Made by a program: the position numbers and the translations under genes. Under the pieces are notes generated by a model that saw only the letters and a list, made by a program, of their open reading frames with translations, did not search any database and was not told where the DNA came from. A DNA stretch of 64,000 nucleotides, taken from contig OY829846.1 of assembly GCA_963691875.1 (NCBI GenBank), positions 832,001-896,000 of the forward strand. Reading direction: 5' to 3'. How positions within the stretch are numbered: position 1 is the first letter of the stretch; every line of letters starts with the position of its first letter. This document shows, one piece after another, positions 8,587 to 17,395 of this stretch. This stretch comes from Aureliella sp. Lineage in GTDB: Bacteria; Planctomycetota; Planctomycetia; Pirellulales; Pirellulaceae.

Positions 8587-11500
8587 TTAGAACTTGGACG
8601 GCTTTTTCATGTTGTCTTTCGGCATGCGATCGATCAACAAAGCAAAGGGATCTACCCCGACCTTCGCAGGCCTCTCATCGACGATGAACTCAAAGCTCGA
8701 TTCTTCATTGGTGATCTTCATTCTTTCTCGGTGAAGTGTCTCCCCGTAGCGGCGTCCAGATTCTGGCTCAGCAAAAGCACCTATCTCAATCCAATCGTTC
8801 ACAGGAACTTCAGTTTCTTTCCCTTTCTCGTCAGCCCGAAACTTCTTGCATTCAATCTCGAGGCGAATCTTGTACTTGCCGATTGCAAGTTCTTCGTAGC
8901 TTGCTGACTTGGTGCGATTGGCAAACAACGTGATCTCCTCGAACAGATCATTAACCAGATACTTCAAGTCATCGGGAGTTACCTCGCGAAGCCCATTCAC
9001 CAAGTCCAAGGAAGTCGGGTATGGCGTTTCTTTGTAGCCAAATCGATCTACCAAACCCTTCAGGACACCGTTGATCTTGTCTTCGCCAATCATCTCCTTC
9101 AGGTAATACATCGCACAGCTACCCTTACGGTAGTGGATGTAGCCTTGCGACGACTCGACCGTCAACAGCGGGCGCTCCTTGAGGCTTTCGCTACCACGCG
9201 CTCTCAAGTAACTATCCATCTCGTACTGCAAAAACTTGCGCATGATATCCCGCCCAAAAGTCTTCTCCATGACCATTAAGGCGGAGTACTGCGCAAGAGT
9301 TTCAGACAACAGCGTCGATCCCTGCATGTTGGCACCGATGACTTGATGCGCCCACCATTGATGAGCCATCTCGTGAGCCACGACGTAATAAACCATGTCG
9401 ATATCGTCTTCTTCTCCCAGATCCGCGATAAATCCGATGCCTTCGGAGTAGGGCATCGTGCCGGGAAAAGCTTGGGCAAAGGTCGCGATTCGGGGAAACT
9501 CGATAATCCGAGCTTGCTTGTGTTTGTACGGCCCAAAATTCTCGGAGTAGTACTCGAGAGAATCTCGCATGGACCGCAACATATTGTCTACGTTCCAAAC
9601 GTGATCAGGATGATAGTAGACTTCCAGGTCAACGCCATTCCACTCGTTGACAGCGACTTCATAGTCAGCAGAAATGAAAGAGTAGAAGTTGAGTGAGGGA
9701 TGGTCCACTTTGTAGTGGAAGTAGCGGCGGCCATCCTCTTCCCACGAACGCACAAGCGAACCGGGAGCAATCGCATAATCGTTTGTGGTGCTGATGACTG
9801 TTTCAACCTCGACCCACTCATTGATGCCAGGAATGTAGGACTTCCGGCGATTGTCGATGTCTGCTGGATCGAGCGAAGGCATGAGATTTTCCGTCTCTGG
9901 CAATCCGTAAGTCTTCCGATCACCCTTGTTGGTCAGCTCTTTGCCTGCTTGATATCCAATCTGCGGAGCGAGCATATTGTTGAAGAAGCTTCCGTTTTGG
10001 ACGATGCTGAGTTGTGTGGTCGAATTCTCAAACCCCTTCGGTTCGTAGGAAACGGTGTATTTCATTCCCAGTTCTTCACCAGGCTGCATGGCAGGATTGA
10101 ACTCGTAGATGTAGTAGTCCTGGTCTTCGTGAGCTTCCTTCAAAGTCGCGTTTTCGACTTCAACTTCGGTTTCGTAGCCATCGGCGAAATTCAACAACAG
10201 CAGTTCGATAGGTTCTTTCGAACGATTGATGATCTTTTGGTCACCTGCGAACTCAATCGCACGACGTTCAGGAAAGATGTCGATGTTGTACTTCACCGAG
10301 ATGACGTTTGGCTGCGACATGCCCTCGTGGATCACCTTGAAGTCCTTTTCATAGGAAGCTTGCCGCAATTCGACTTCGGAAGCAGTAAACAACTCGTTGC
10401 GAATGATCGTGTTGTAATAGATCCAGCTGCCAGCGGCGATCCAGAGGGCGAATACGCAACCTGCAGTCACCGCGATCGGGCCACGAAACTGCCTGATCGC
10501 AAAACTCAATCGTTTCTTGACTGTTCGTTCTTTCCCACGCTGCCAAACAAGTATGCAAGCGATACCCAACAAGACAGAGAACAGCATCCAGTAGATCGCA
10601 AATGGCAGGAGACCGCTCACGAATGGAGCGAATCCAAACATATCCGAGTATGTATAGTCAGGCAGACTGCCGTATCGAACCAACCGGGTTGATACCTCCA
10701 ACGCGGACCAAATGAACGCGTTGCAGACAACGAGTATGACAAACAGAAAATAGCCAAGGTACTTATTCGGAGCAACAATATGCGCTGCCATGGAAAGCAA
10801 TACGAGCATCAAAAGGTTGAGCAGGTCGAGACCAAGAATCTCCGTCACGTACAACCCAAGTTGGAAACGCGTGTAACCCTCCGAAGCTTGGACCACGACT
10901 CCCGCGAAGATTCCGATCGTTAGAATGATCATCACGATCAACGTCATGGCAATAAACTTGCCCAGGAAGATCGTCCAAGTAGCTTGAGGCAGTGCGTCTA
11001 ACACCTCATCCAGCTTTGCCTCACGCTCCTTCCAGACCATCACACCTGTGTAAAAGGCGATGATGCCAAGCAAGAAGGCGTACATCGAACCGCGAATGAG
11101 ATCGATCATGTTGTAAGTAACAGGCAGAGCGCCGAGACCAAAACCGACTGCATCCGAGAACAGCAAAGCCACCGACACGTTGATCAACGTCACCAGCGAA
11201 AGAACGATAAACACATTGCTTTTGATCGTCTCGAAGAAGTCCACTTTGACTTGACTAGCGAACTGTTGAAAGCGAGCCCCCGAACCGTGCTGATATCCGA
11301 CTTTCGGAATTTTTCTTGTAGCCTTCACAGACGCTTCCTCAGTGGGACGAGCGTGCCTCGACGTTTTGCGTTCGGCGAAGGAAAAACGCCAGTAGCTAAG
11401 TCCAAGAACGCCCATGCTGATTGCCAGCCACAGAACTCGGTTCGCCAGCACAAGGCCACTCAAGGTGATCACACGCGTATTTCGGTCATCCACGGTCCAG

Positions 11501-12165
11501 TAACGTACCGCGTCGCTGATAGCCATGCTTCCAAAAGGATCCACTAGAGCGGCAAGGGTCTGATTGTCTAGATTCGACACTAGCGCCTGAGCGATCGATC
11601 CTCCCACAATGAGCACAATCGCGGCGATAAAGGCCGCAATCGTACTGCGAGTGAAAATCACCACGGCGAAAATCAAGGCAGTCATGATGATCGCGTTCGG
11701 AGCAGCAGCAGTCACAAAGCCCCAGAAATGCGCCGACCAAAAGACGGGTCCCCATTCCTCCGCGCCAATGAAGGAAACCCGCGGTGCCAACAAGACTCCG
11801 AGCGACACTCCCAGCAAAGGCACCATGGCGACAAGGGCCGAACCCCAGAAACGCCCCATCACAAACGCAAACTTACTTATCGGCTTCGTGAACAACAACT
11901 GATGCGTGTTGTAGGTAAAGTCTCTCGCCGCCGCTCCATTAGCAAACGCCGCAGTCATGATCACAGAGATCGTAGACATCGCGACGTACATCATCTGGAT
12001 CGTGTATGGCGAGTTGCGATTCGAGTTGTCCAGCGAGCCTCCAACTTGAACGTTATCACTCGCCACTGCTCCCGTGACCAAAGCGGTGATGATGACCAGA
12101 AAAACATAGACCATCATCGAACGGAGCCAGTAGTTCAGTTCGAAGCGAAAGAATGCACCAAACAT
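8587..12165 (-). CDS. ABC-2-type permease fused to an M1-family zinc aminopeptidase domain
   Basis: Two permease repeats in the N-terminal ~580 aa. The C-terminal domain has AQAFPG and HEMAH-x18-E (HEMAHQWWAHQVIGANMQGSTLLSE) and the YRKG Tyr motif. Confidence 0.9.
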   Translation of the reverse strand: MFGAFFRFELNYWLRSMMVYVFLVIITALVTGAVASDNVQVGGSLDNSNRNSPYTIQMMYVAMSTISVIMTAAFANGAAARDFTYNTHQLLFTKPISKFAFVMGRFWGSALVAMVPLLGVSLGVLLAPRVSFIGAEEWGPVFWSAHFWGFVTAAAPNAIIMTALIFAVVIFTRSTIAAFIAAIVLIVGGSIAQALVSNLDNQTLAALVDPFGSMAISDAVRYWTVDDRNTRVITLSGLVLANRVLWLAISMGVLGLSYWRFSFAERKTSRHARPTEEASVKATRKIPKVGYQHGSGARFQQFASQVKVDFFETIKSNVFIVLSLVTLINVSVALLFSDAVGFGLGALPVTYNMIDLIRGSMYAFLLGIIAFYTGVMVWKEREAKLDEVLDALPQATWTIFLGKFIAMTLIVMIILTIGIFAGVVVQASEGYTRFQLGLYVTEILGLDLLNLLMLVLLSMAAHIVAPNKYLGYFLFVILVVCNAFIWSALEVSTRLVRYGSLPDYTYSDMFGFAPFVSGLLPFAIYWMLFSVLLGIACILVWQRGKERTVKKRLSFAIRQFRGPIAVTAGCVFALWIAAGSWIYYNTIIRNELFTASEVELRQASYEKDFKVIHEGMSQPNVISVKYNIDIFPERRAIEFAGDQKIINRSKEPIELLLLNFADGYETEVEVENATLKEAHEDQDYYIYEFNPAMQPGEELGMKYTVSYEPKGFENSTTQLSIVQNGSFFNNMLAPQIGYQAGKELTNKGDRKTYGLPETENLMPSLDPADIDNRRKSYIPGINEWVEVETVISTTNDYAIAPGSLVRSWEEDGRRYFHYKVDHPSLNFYSFISADYEVAVNEWNGVDLEVYYHPDHVWNVDNMLRSMRDSLEYYSENFGPYKHKQARIIEFPRIATFAQAFPGTMPYSEGIGFIADLGEEDDIDMVYYVVAHEMAHQWWAHQVIGANMQGSTLLSETLAQYSALMVMEKTFGRDIMRKFLQYEMDSYLRARGSESLKERPLLTVESSQGYIHYRKGSCAMYYLKEMIGEDKINGVLKGLVDRFGYKETPYPTSLDLVNGLREVTPDDLKYLVNDLFEEITLFANRTKSASYEELAIGKYKIRLEIECKKFRADEKGKETEVPVNDWIEIGAFAEPESGRRYGETLHRERMKITNEESSFEFIVDERPAKVGVDPFALLIDRMPKDNMKKPSKF

Positions 12166-12230
12166 ATTAGAAGACTTTCAAGCAGAGAAGCGGCGAGAAG
12201 CAAGAGGCAGCTTGAGGGCGAATGAAGACA

Positions 12231-13118
12231 CTACGCACTCAAAGCTTTTTGCCTAGCATTGATCTGCGTAAAGAACACATCTTCCAAATCCGGTTCAACC
12301 GGAGTGAACCCATCGCCTGGATCTTCTTCGCTGCGAATGTGAATTAGCGGCCTGCCGGCAACCAACTTGGTCGAAATGATAGGATGCCGAGCCTCAATCT
12401 CACCTAACTCGTCTTTCGAAACCGACTTTTGCCAGATCTGCCCAGCTAGTTCCGATTCAGCATCTACCGGCGTACCCGCAAACAACAGCTTGCCGAGATT
12501 GATAATCGCCATCTGAGTACAGAGCTCTTTCACGTCCTGAACGATGTGCGTCGAAAGAATTACGATTACATTTTCGCCTACCTCAGCCAGCAAGTTGTAG
12601 AAGCGATTCCGTTCGCCTGGGTCCAGCCCGGCTGTTGGCTCGTCGACGATGAGTAGTTTCGGATCACCAATCAACGCCTGTGCAATTCCGAAACGCTGCT
12701 TCATCCCGCCCGAGAAAGAGCTTATTGCCTTGCGAGCATGCTGTGTAAGATTGACTCGCTCAAGCATTGCCCCAACGAGCTCCTTGCGCTCCCCGCGATT
12801 GGTAACACCCTTTAGGATCGCAATATGATCCAGCATGGCACGAGCGGATGTCTTGGGGTAAACGCCAAACTCTTGCGGCAGATAGCCGAGGATTCTCCGA
12901 ACCGCTTCTCTATCCCCCAGTACGTCAAGGGCATCGAGATGCACCCTGCCGGAATCTGGCTCTTGAAGCGTTGCCAATGTTCGCATCAAGGTTGACTTGC
13001 CAGCACCGTTTGGCCCCAAAAGCCCATACATGCCTTTAGGGATCGTCATCGAAACGTTATCCAAAGCCCTTACGCCGTTTGGATAAGTCTTAGTGAGGTT
13101 CTCAATTACTAATTGCAT
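12231..13118 (-). CDS. ABC transporter ATP-binding protein
   Basis: Walker A GPNGAGKS, signature FSGGMKQR, Walker B LLIVDEP and H-loop LSTH. Likely start is ATG 13118 (MQLVIENL). Confidence 0.95.
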   Translation of the reverse strand: MQLVIENLTKTYPNGVRALDNVSMTIPKGMYGLLGPNGAGKSTLMRTLATLQEPDSGRVHLDALDVLGDREAVRRILGYLPQEFGVYPKTSARAMLDHIAILKGVTNRGERKELVGAMLERVNLTQHARKAISSFSGGMKQRFGIAQALIGDPKLLIVDEPTAGLDPGERNRFYNLLAEVGENVIVILSTHIVQDVKELCTQMAIINLGKLLFAGTPVDAESELAGQIWQKSVSKDELGEIEARHPIISTKLVAGRPLIHIRSEEDPGDGFTPVEPDLEDVFFTQINARQKALSA

Positions 13119-13406
13119 AGGGGTTTCTTGCCATTTCGAGGAGAGAGCGATCGCGCCACGAGCCCGCTGCAACGGGCAGAGATAAGTGGTGCAAGTCATC
13201 TTCGCAGAACTACCCGATCTCGCGTGGTGCTGACGCAGACAACTTGTGGAGATCATTCGACCCGCAATGCGAATTCTTGGCCCTCGCCAAAAGAATTTGA
13301 GGCGCGGCAATTGCTACTAATTCGCGAGCGACAGAACCAACTAGTAGAACTGGCCCAAGAGCAACCCCCATTCGATTGCGTCCAGATGCAGTTGAGAGCA
13401 AACTCT

Positions 13407-13431
13407 ATGAGCCGCCGGCGCCAGCCGCGGG
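13407..13431. repeat. Second REP-like arm
   Basis: atgagccgccggcgccagccgcggg matches the reverse complement of the 8536-8560 arm at 20/25 positions. Confidence 0.45.
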
Positions 13432-13449
13432 ACTGCCTTCGTCGAGGAT

Positions 13450-13590
13450 TTACGGATTGAGCAAACGCTCGGCCATCGCTTGAAGCCCTTCGTTAGGATG
13501 CCTACCAGAAAGCTCCGCCATAGCTTCTAGAGATTCTTCGCTACCGATACCTCGAAGTGCGATCAATGCCCACTGTATGGTCTGCGGCTG
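13450..13590 (-). pseudogene. 3' remnant of a HEAT/PBS-lyase-repeat-like gene
   Basis: Minus frame reads PQTIQWALIALRGIGSEESLEAMAELSGRHPNEGLQAMAERLLNP*, a HEAT-like helical hairpin. Upstream of this it runs into the antisense of the next gene. Confidence 0.45.
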
Positions 13591-14159
13591 GCAAACAAGT
13601 GAGCTGCCCATTCTGCGAGAAGACAATAATAGTTCCTTTACAGAATTCGGCTCCGAGTCACCCCGCACCGACTCAGCCTTCCGGGAACATCCTTTTCAGT
13701 TTCGATCAGGAACTCCCGCGACTTGAAACCACTGCCGGTGGAGCGACTCAAAACCCTTACGCGGTCAGCCAACAGAGCTATGCAGCTCCCCAGCAGCAAA
13801 TTGGCAACAGCCCCGTACAGTACATCGTTGTCGGGATCATCTTTATTGTATTTGGAGTTTTGTGGGTCTTAGGTTCCTGCGTAGCGACCATAAGGCGCAC
13901 CCAGGAGGATCCCAATTTTCTGGCAACGCCCGAGGGCCAGGGCTACCTCTTCGGAATGCTGACACTAATTATTTTTTCGCTCGGAGCGATCATCGGTGGC
14001 ATCTCGTTTGTTTCGGCCGGAAGCAAACGCAACGCTCGGGCGGCCTCGATTCTCGCCTGTATCCCGTGCCTTTGCGTCGGCCTCGCAATTCCCTTTGGAA
14101 TCTGGGGCTGTGTTCTCACTTTTAGCGAATCGGCCGATCGATACTTCCGTAAGCCCTGA
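13557..14159 (+). CDS. Membrane protein with partial zinc ribbon; probably 5'-truncated
   Basis: AAGKQVSCPFC is normally the second half of a CxxC…CPxC ribbon. It also has an NPY motif, three TM segments and CIPCLC…IPFGIWG. Confidence 0.6.
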   Translation: MRSMPTVWSAAGKQVSCPFCEKTIIVPLQNSAPSHPAPTQPSGNILFSFDQELPRLETTAGGATQNPYAVSQQSYAAPQQQIGNSPVQYIVVGIIFIVFGVLWVLGSCVATIRRTQEDPNFLATPEGQGYLFGMLTLIIFSLGAIIGGISFVSAGSKRNARAASILACIPCLCVGLAIPFGIWGCVLTFSESADRYFRKP

Positions 14160-14404
14160 TGCGATTTGAGCACTTCGCCTCAATCCTGCAGGACGAACTG
14201 AAGAACCGGCGCAAGCCGCCCCTCTTAAGACAAGCAGCACGCAGCAGGCGACTGAGTTACACGCGTCCGGCATGGCGTCCCAAAGCGCGGGAAATTGACG
14301 TCGCCGGCTTTCGCAATGCCATTCGCTCGACTCTAATGCGTCTGCGTAAGCTTACTCTCTTGAAATCAGCGATGAACACAAGGAACACGTGACGAGGACG
14401 AACG

Positions 14405-14953
14405 ATGAGTGATCGAATTGTGATGCGAACTGGTGAGAGCTTGGTTGCTGGTGGACCACCTTTTACTGCCGCCGAGCCCGAAGTCGTCATCGGAGAACTT
14501 GACGGTCCTGTCGGAACAGCCATCGCAACCTTGACGGGTGATCAGGCAATGGGGCACTCCAAAGTCTTCGCCATCTTGGATACGGACATACAAGTACGTC
14601 CAGTCACGCTGATGGTCAGCAAAGTGACCGTGAAGAACAGCGCATACACGAATATCTTGATGGGCACAGTCCAAGCAGCAATTGCTAATGGCGTTTTGGA
14701 CGCCGTGCGGGCAGGAGATATTCCCAAGGAAAAAGCCAACGACCTTGGCATCGTCTGTTCGGTATGGCTCAATCCGGGCGCTGCCACAGACAAGAATCTG
14801 GATCACAAAGCCCTTTTTGAAATCCATCGCACGGCGATGGCACAGGCAATTCACAAAGCGATGAATAACGAGCCCTCAATCGACTGGCTATTGGATAACC
14901 AAGATAAAATCACCCACAAGTACTATCAACGCGGACTCGACGGAAAGCTTTGA
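14405..14953 (+). CDS. fae: Formaldehyde-activating enzyme homologue (Fae family, divergent paralogue)
   Basis: GESLV…VVIG, TLMVSKVTV, VQAAIANGVLDAV and NEP motifs. RBS gagga upstream. Confidence 0.88.
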   Translation: MSDRIVMRTGESLVAGGPPFTAAEPEVVIGELDGPVGTAIATLTGDQAMGHSKVFAILDTDIQVRPVTLMVSKVTVKNSAYTNILMGTVQAAIANGVLDAVRAGDIPKEKANDLGIVCSVWLNPGAATDKNLDHKALFEIHRTAMAQAIHKAMNNEPSIDWLLDNQDKITHKYYQRGLDGKL

Positions 14954-15188
14954 TAGCACTAACAATTCCGATTTTCGGAGCGGCATCAAACTCTCTATTC
15001 AATAGCCCAACCAACCGACACCGAACGTCACTCCGGCGTATGGCCAACGAGCAATTGTGCCGATCAGGCTGCGGGCTGGGATGAGGAAGGAATTATGGCG
15101 AAACCCACTTCGCGGAAGATATGAGTGACACAAGGTTGGGTTAGAATGATCGGACTCCTGACCGACATAACTCACTTGGCTTCTATCT

Positions 15189-17276
15189 ATGCTGCGTCAA
15201 TTGCTGTTTCTAACTATCGGGCTCTACTGCCTAGAATCTGTCGCATCGGCCCAGGACGTGACGCGGCCCAACGTTATCCTGTTTATGGCAGATGACATGG
15301 GAATGGGCGACACAAGCGCCTACCAAGATTTAGCTGGGAATGCCGACCGGGATCAGGTCGATACGCCGAGCATGGAACGACTGGCCAAGATGGGTGTTCG
15401 TTTCAGCGACGCACATACTCCAACGTCTCGATGCTCTGGAACTCGTTACGGACTTCTCACCGGCCGATACCCATGGCGGAATCGCTTGAAGCACTGGGTG
15501 TTGTTCGGTGCACAGGGTGATCCCATGATCGAGCAAGATAGGCCCACGCTGGCGAGCCTGTTTCGCGATGCGGGATATCGGAGCGGCATGGTCGGCAAGT
15601 GGCACGCTGGCTTGCGGTATCGACGAAGTGATGGCAGCCCAGCAGCAGGTTGGGAGGATGCAGATCTGAGGCAGGAGTTGCACACTTCTCCCGTCGATCA
15701 CGGTTTTGACTACGCAAGGTTTACTTCGCGTTCTCATGGCACCTCCGGCCCCGATGCATCGCAGAGCGACCCCAAGAAAGTGAAATTCAACGGTCCCGGG
15801 CACGTACACAATCGGACCGTCATGGCTGCCACGGATGCTTCGAAGCAATTGAAAACCGCAGGACCCGACGCCTACATTCTGAGCGAGTTGGGAGGACGAC
15901 ACCTTAAACATGCAAAAGAGTTTCTCTCTGCACATGTAGGTAAGGCCGAGACAAGACAGAAGCCATTCTTTCTCTACTATCCCTCGAACTCCAACCATGG
16001 CCCCTACACTCCCGACCAGGAGATCGCTGGTCGCCAGATCAAAGGGGCTGCACGTTCGAAGTCCGGGGACCCGATGGGTCTCCGCTATGACTTCATTTAT
16101 GAGAATGACGTCGCACTCGGCTTGCTCATTGATTGGCTTGAAGCCACAGAAGACCCTCGGAGCCCTGGGAATAAGTTAATCGAGAACACGATCGTGATCT
16201 TCACCAGTGACAATGGAGCCGAGATCAAGGCGAAAACTGCCACCGGCCCCGTACGCGCGAACAAAGGCTCTGCTTTCGAAGGAGGGCATCGTGTGCCGTA
16301 CATCGTCTCGTGGCCTGCTGGCGCCGTGGGAGATGGAAACCCGAAATCCCAGGGGCAAACGAACCACACACGCGTCAACTTGTTGGACTGTTTCGCCACA
16401 TTCTCAGATGTGCTGAAGCTTCCTCTGCCAGAACTGACCGATAGCGAGAAGGGAGCGGAAGATAGTTGGTCAGTGCTCCAGGCATGGCGTGGCGCCACCC
16501 TCAAACCACAACATCCGATTTTTCACAATGATCACAACGACAAGAAACGCGATCGAGCCGCTTGTGCGGTACGCATCGATGATCCAATGATTGATGGCCA
16601 AGTCGTCAAAGGTAAGTGGAAGATATTCTACGACGCAAGTTTGATTCGTTTCGGCAGGACAAAAGCAACGGCACTTTATAATCTCGAGCTTGATCCGATG
16701 GAACAGACTGATTTGTTAGGCAGTCGAAAAGACGACGGTTTGGTGCTGCATCTTTCTCGGCTCGCTAGAGAGCACCGCAATGCCGGTGGGCTCAGATATG
16801 CGTCGTCGGAAGTAGCTCGGGCGACGGTCTTCGATTTCACGAAGCCAGCACAAGGTTCGGGATCCAGCTTGCAGCTTGAACAAAACGGGCTTGTGATAGA
16901 GGTAACCGGTTCCAGCGATCTGATTCAATCGAGCAAAGGGCTGGGTGTAAAGGGCGGCGGCAATGAGCGGGCAGTGGACTCAGGAGAACAGCTCGCAATT
17001 CGTTTTGATCGAGATGTCGTCATCGAGAATGTGGCAATATCGGCAGGCAAAGGCATCTGCGGCGGTTTCTACCAAGTTAGCGATGCGGCTCCGATGGCAA
17101 TCTACTGCATCGATGCTGACAACGACGCGCAGGATCAACGCGGCAATCTGAGCGACATTGGCTACTTGCCGAAAGGTGCGGCACTTAAGCTAGATAGTTC
17201 CCCACACTTTGGTGTCGAGTCAGCCGGAACATGGGTGCTGCAATCGCTCAGAGTACGAGCGGTTGAGCGCGAATAG
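15189..17276 (+). CDS. Arylsulfatase with an extra C-terminal beta-rich domain
   Basis: PNVILFMADDMGMGD, CSGTRYGLLTGRY, GKWH, FTSDNG and EGGHRVP motifs; about 150 aa extension. Confidence 0.92.
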   Translation: MLRQLLFLTIGLYCLESVASAQDVTRPNVILFMADDMGMGDTSAYQDLAGNADRDQVDTPSMERLAKMGVRFSDAHTPTSRCSGTRYGLLTGRYPWRNRLKHWVLFGAQGDPMIEQDRPTLASLFRDAGYRSGMVGKWHAGLRYRRSDGSPAAGWEDADLRQELHTSPVDHGFDYARFTSRSHGTSGPDASQSDPKKVKFNGPGHVHNRTVMAATDASKQLKTAGPDAYILSELGGRHLKHAKEFLSAHVGKAETRQKPFFLYYPSNSNHGPYTPDQEIAGRQIKGAARSKSGDPMGLRYDFIYENDVALGLLIDWLEATEDPRSPGNKLIENTIVIFTSDNGAEIKAKTATGPVRANKGSAFEGGHRVPYIVSWPAGAVGDGNPKSQGQTNHTRVNLLDCFATFSDVLKLPLPELTDSEKGAEDSWSVLQAWRGATLKPQHPIFHNDHNDKKRDRAACAVRIDDPMIDGQVVKGKWKIFYDASLIRFGRTKATALYNLELDPMEQTDLLGSRKDDGLVLHLSRLAREHRNAGGLRYASSEVARATVFDFTKPAQGSGSSLQLEQNGLVIEVTGSSDLIQSSKGLGVKGGGNERAVDSGEQLAIRFDRDVVIENVAISAGKGICGGFYQVSDAAPMAIYCIDADNDAQDQRGNLSDIGYLPKGAALKLDSSPHFGVESAGTWVLQSLRVRAVERE

Positions 17277-17395
17277 AATGCTAGCCGATCACGTGGTTCC
17301 TTTGCGTTCTACGTGAGATTAGCTTTTAGCTCGTCCCACGTCCGAAGGATCAAAACTAGTCACAGTTCCGATACGACGAAGTGGGCAGCGACGCG

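Noticed and set aside
9700..10692. 330-aa plus-strand ORF, and many other long antisense ORFs (e.g. 7411-8049, 15330-15998, 29428-30036, 49634-50344)
   Set aside because: They lie opposite well-supported genes, have no motifs and show the composition typical of antisense shadows.
13559..13590. Alternative plus frame AINAHCMVCG that could supply the missing first CxxC of the zinc ribbon via a small deletion
   Set aside because: There is no start codon in that frame nearby, and the same bases read better as the antisense of the HEAT-like remnant. It remains a less likely alternative.
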